Below the pieces are notes generated by a model. It worked only from the letters and a program-made list of their open reading frames with translations. It was not told where the DNA came from and did not search any database. The position numbers and the translations under genes are program-made. Positions 63,101 through 64,000 of a stretch of 64,000 nucleotides of DNA are shown here, in pieces; positions within the stretch are counted from its first letter, which is position 1, and the number at the start of each line of letters is the position of its first letter. This DNA comes from Rhizophagus irregularis (Eukaryota): contig NC_089432.1 in assembly GCF_026210795.1 (NCBI RefSeq), positions 1,922,001 to 1,986,000 on the forward strand. The letters run 5' to 3'.

Positions 63101-63386
63101 ATTTTTATTTTTAAAAAGATATTTTTATTAATATTTTGTTGTCAAAACAAGTATTGATCGGTGAGTTTATCGTTTATACATAAAACGAAATACATTTAAT
63201 AGCCCAAATATTGAGCAAAAGTTCACAATAGTGCCGCAGTTACGAGGTCACGTGCGTCTAGCAACCGTATAAATCACATCACCTGAAGTGATCAACATGC
63301 ACAATTACGTTTTGGTAATAATCATACTTGGATTGCATAAAAAAAAAAAATATTAACTTCTCCAATAAAAGTCAAGAAGTTCAATA

Positions 63387-64000
63387 ATGTCTAACAACAC
63401 TGAATCTAATGCACTTGTAAAATTTACCGAAAATTCAAATAATGAGTGGATTGAAGAAGCTATTGTAAAAGATTACATTAAATGTTATGAATTCAATTAT
63501 TTTAGTAATTTTCAAGAAATTGGTTTTGGAGGGTTTGGAAAAGTTTTTCGTGCAAATTGGAAGAGTTCTCATAATTATTTGGCATTAAAATCTTTTTTTA
63601 GTTTCAACAATACTACAATTAAAGAAATTATTAAAGAGGTAATAATATAATATTTTTTACATTATGATTTATATTTTCTAATTTAAAAAATTCTATTTAG
63701 TTTAAAATTCAGCGTGAAGTGGATTTTCATGATAATATTATTCATTTCTGTGGAGTTACGATAGGTGCAGCATACTTTCTTACTATACATAATTTGCTGA
63801 TATAATCTAAATTAAATAATTTTTTTTTTTTTTGTAAAGAAAACCAAAATGATAATTCGAAAAAGTATTGGTTAGTAATGGAATACGCAGACAGTGGTAC
63901 TCTTCAAGAATATTTGAAGGAACGTTTTGATAATCTTATCTGGAATAATAAATTTGATATGGCAAATCAGTTGGCTTGTGCTATATTATGCTTACATGAT
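63387..64000 (+). CDS. TKL protein kinase, 5' part (exons 63387-63638, 63701-63764, 63840->64000); close paralogue of the 10475 gene
   Basis: MSNNTE.., GFGGFG, YLALKS, MEYADSGTL; intron positions match the paralogue; runs off the window. Confidence 0.9.

Overview
Very AT-rich, intron-containing eukaryotic DNA. Its gene content (tyrosine-kinase-like kinase + Sel1-repeat genes, a single-exon F-box/LRR gene) is typical of arbuscular mycorrhizal fungi (Glomeromycotina, Rhizophagus-like; inferred, not proven). Host genes: kinase-Sel1 gene (6202-10475, -), F-box gene (49183-50625, +), pseudokinase-Sel1 gene (55003-57183, -), the 5' part of a third kinase (63387 to window end) and the 3' half of a cytochrome P450 (~2593-3245). 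About half the window is one nested transposon stack. A foldback-like TIR element with an 8-bp TSD (18139-47634) contains a Tc1/DD34E element (20556-46867). Its transposase is split by a full-length LINE (21513-30292) and a Ty3/gypsy LTR element (30321-46191), and the gypsy integrase is split by a CAC..GTG element (40621-44986). The most unusual observation is the gypsy element. It carries a P-loop nucleoside/nucleotide-monophosphate kinase-like domain fused in frame after RNase H, a separate small ORF resembling the capsid N-terminal domain upstream of gag, other accessory ORFs, and PR, RT-RNH-kinase and IN that appear to be separate ORFs. Also present: a non-autonomous Helitron, several MITE families, a 5'-truncated LINE insertion with a 20-bp TSD and an Academ-like transposase pseudogene.
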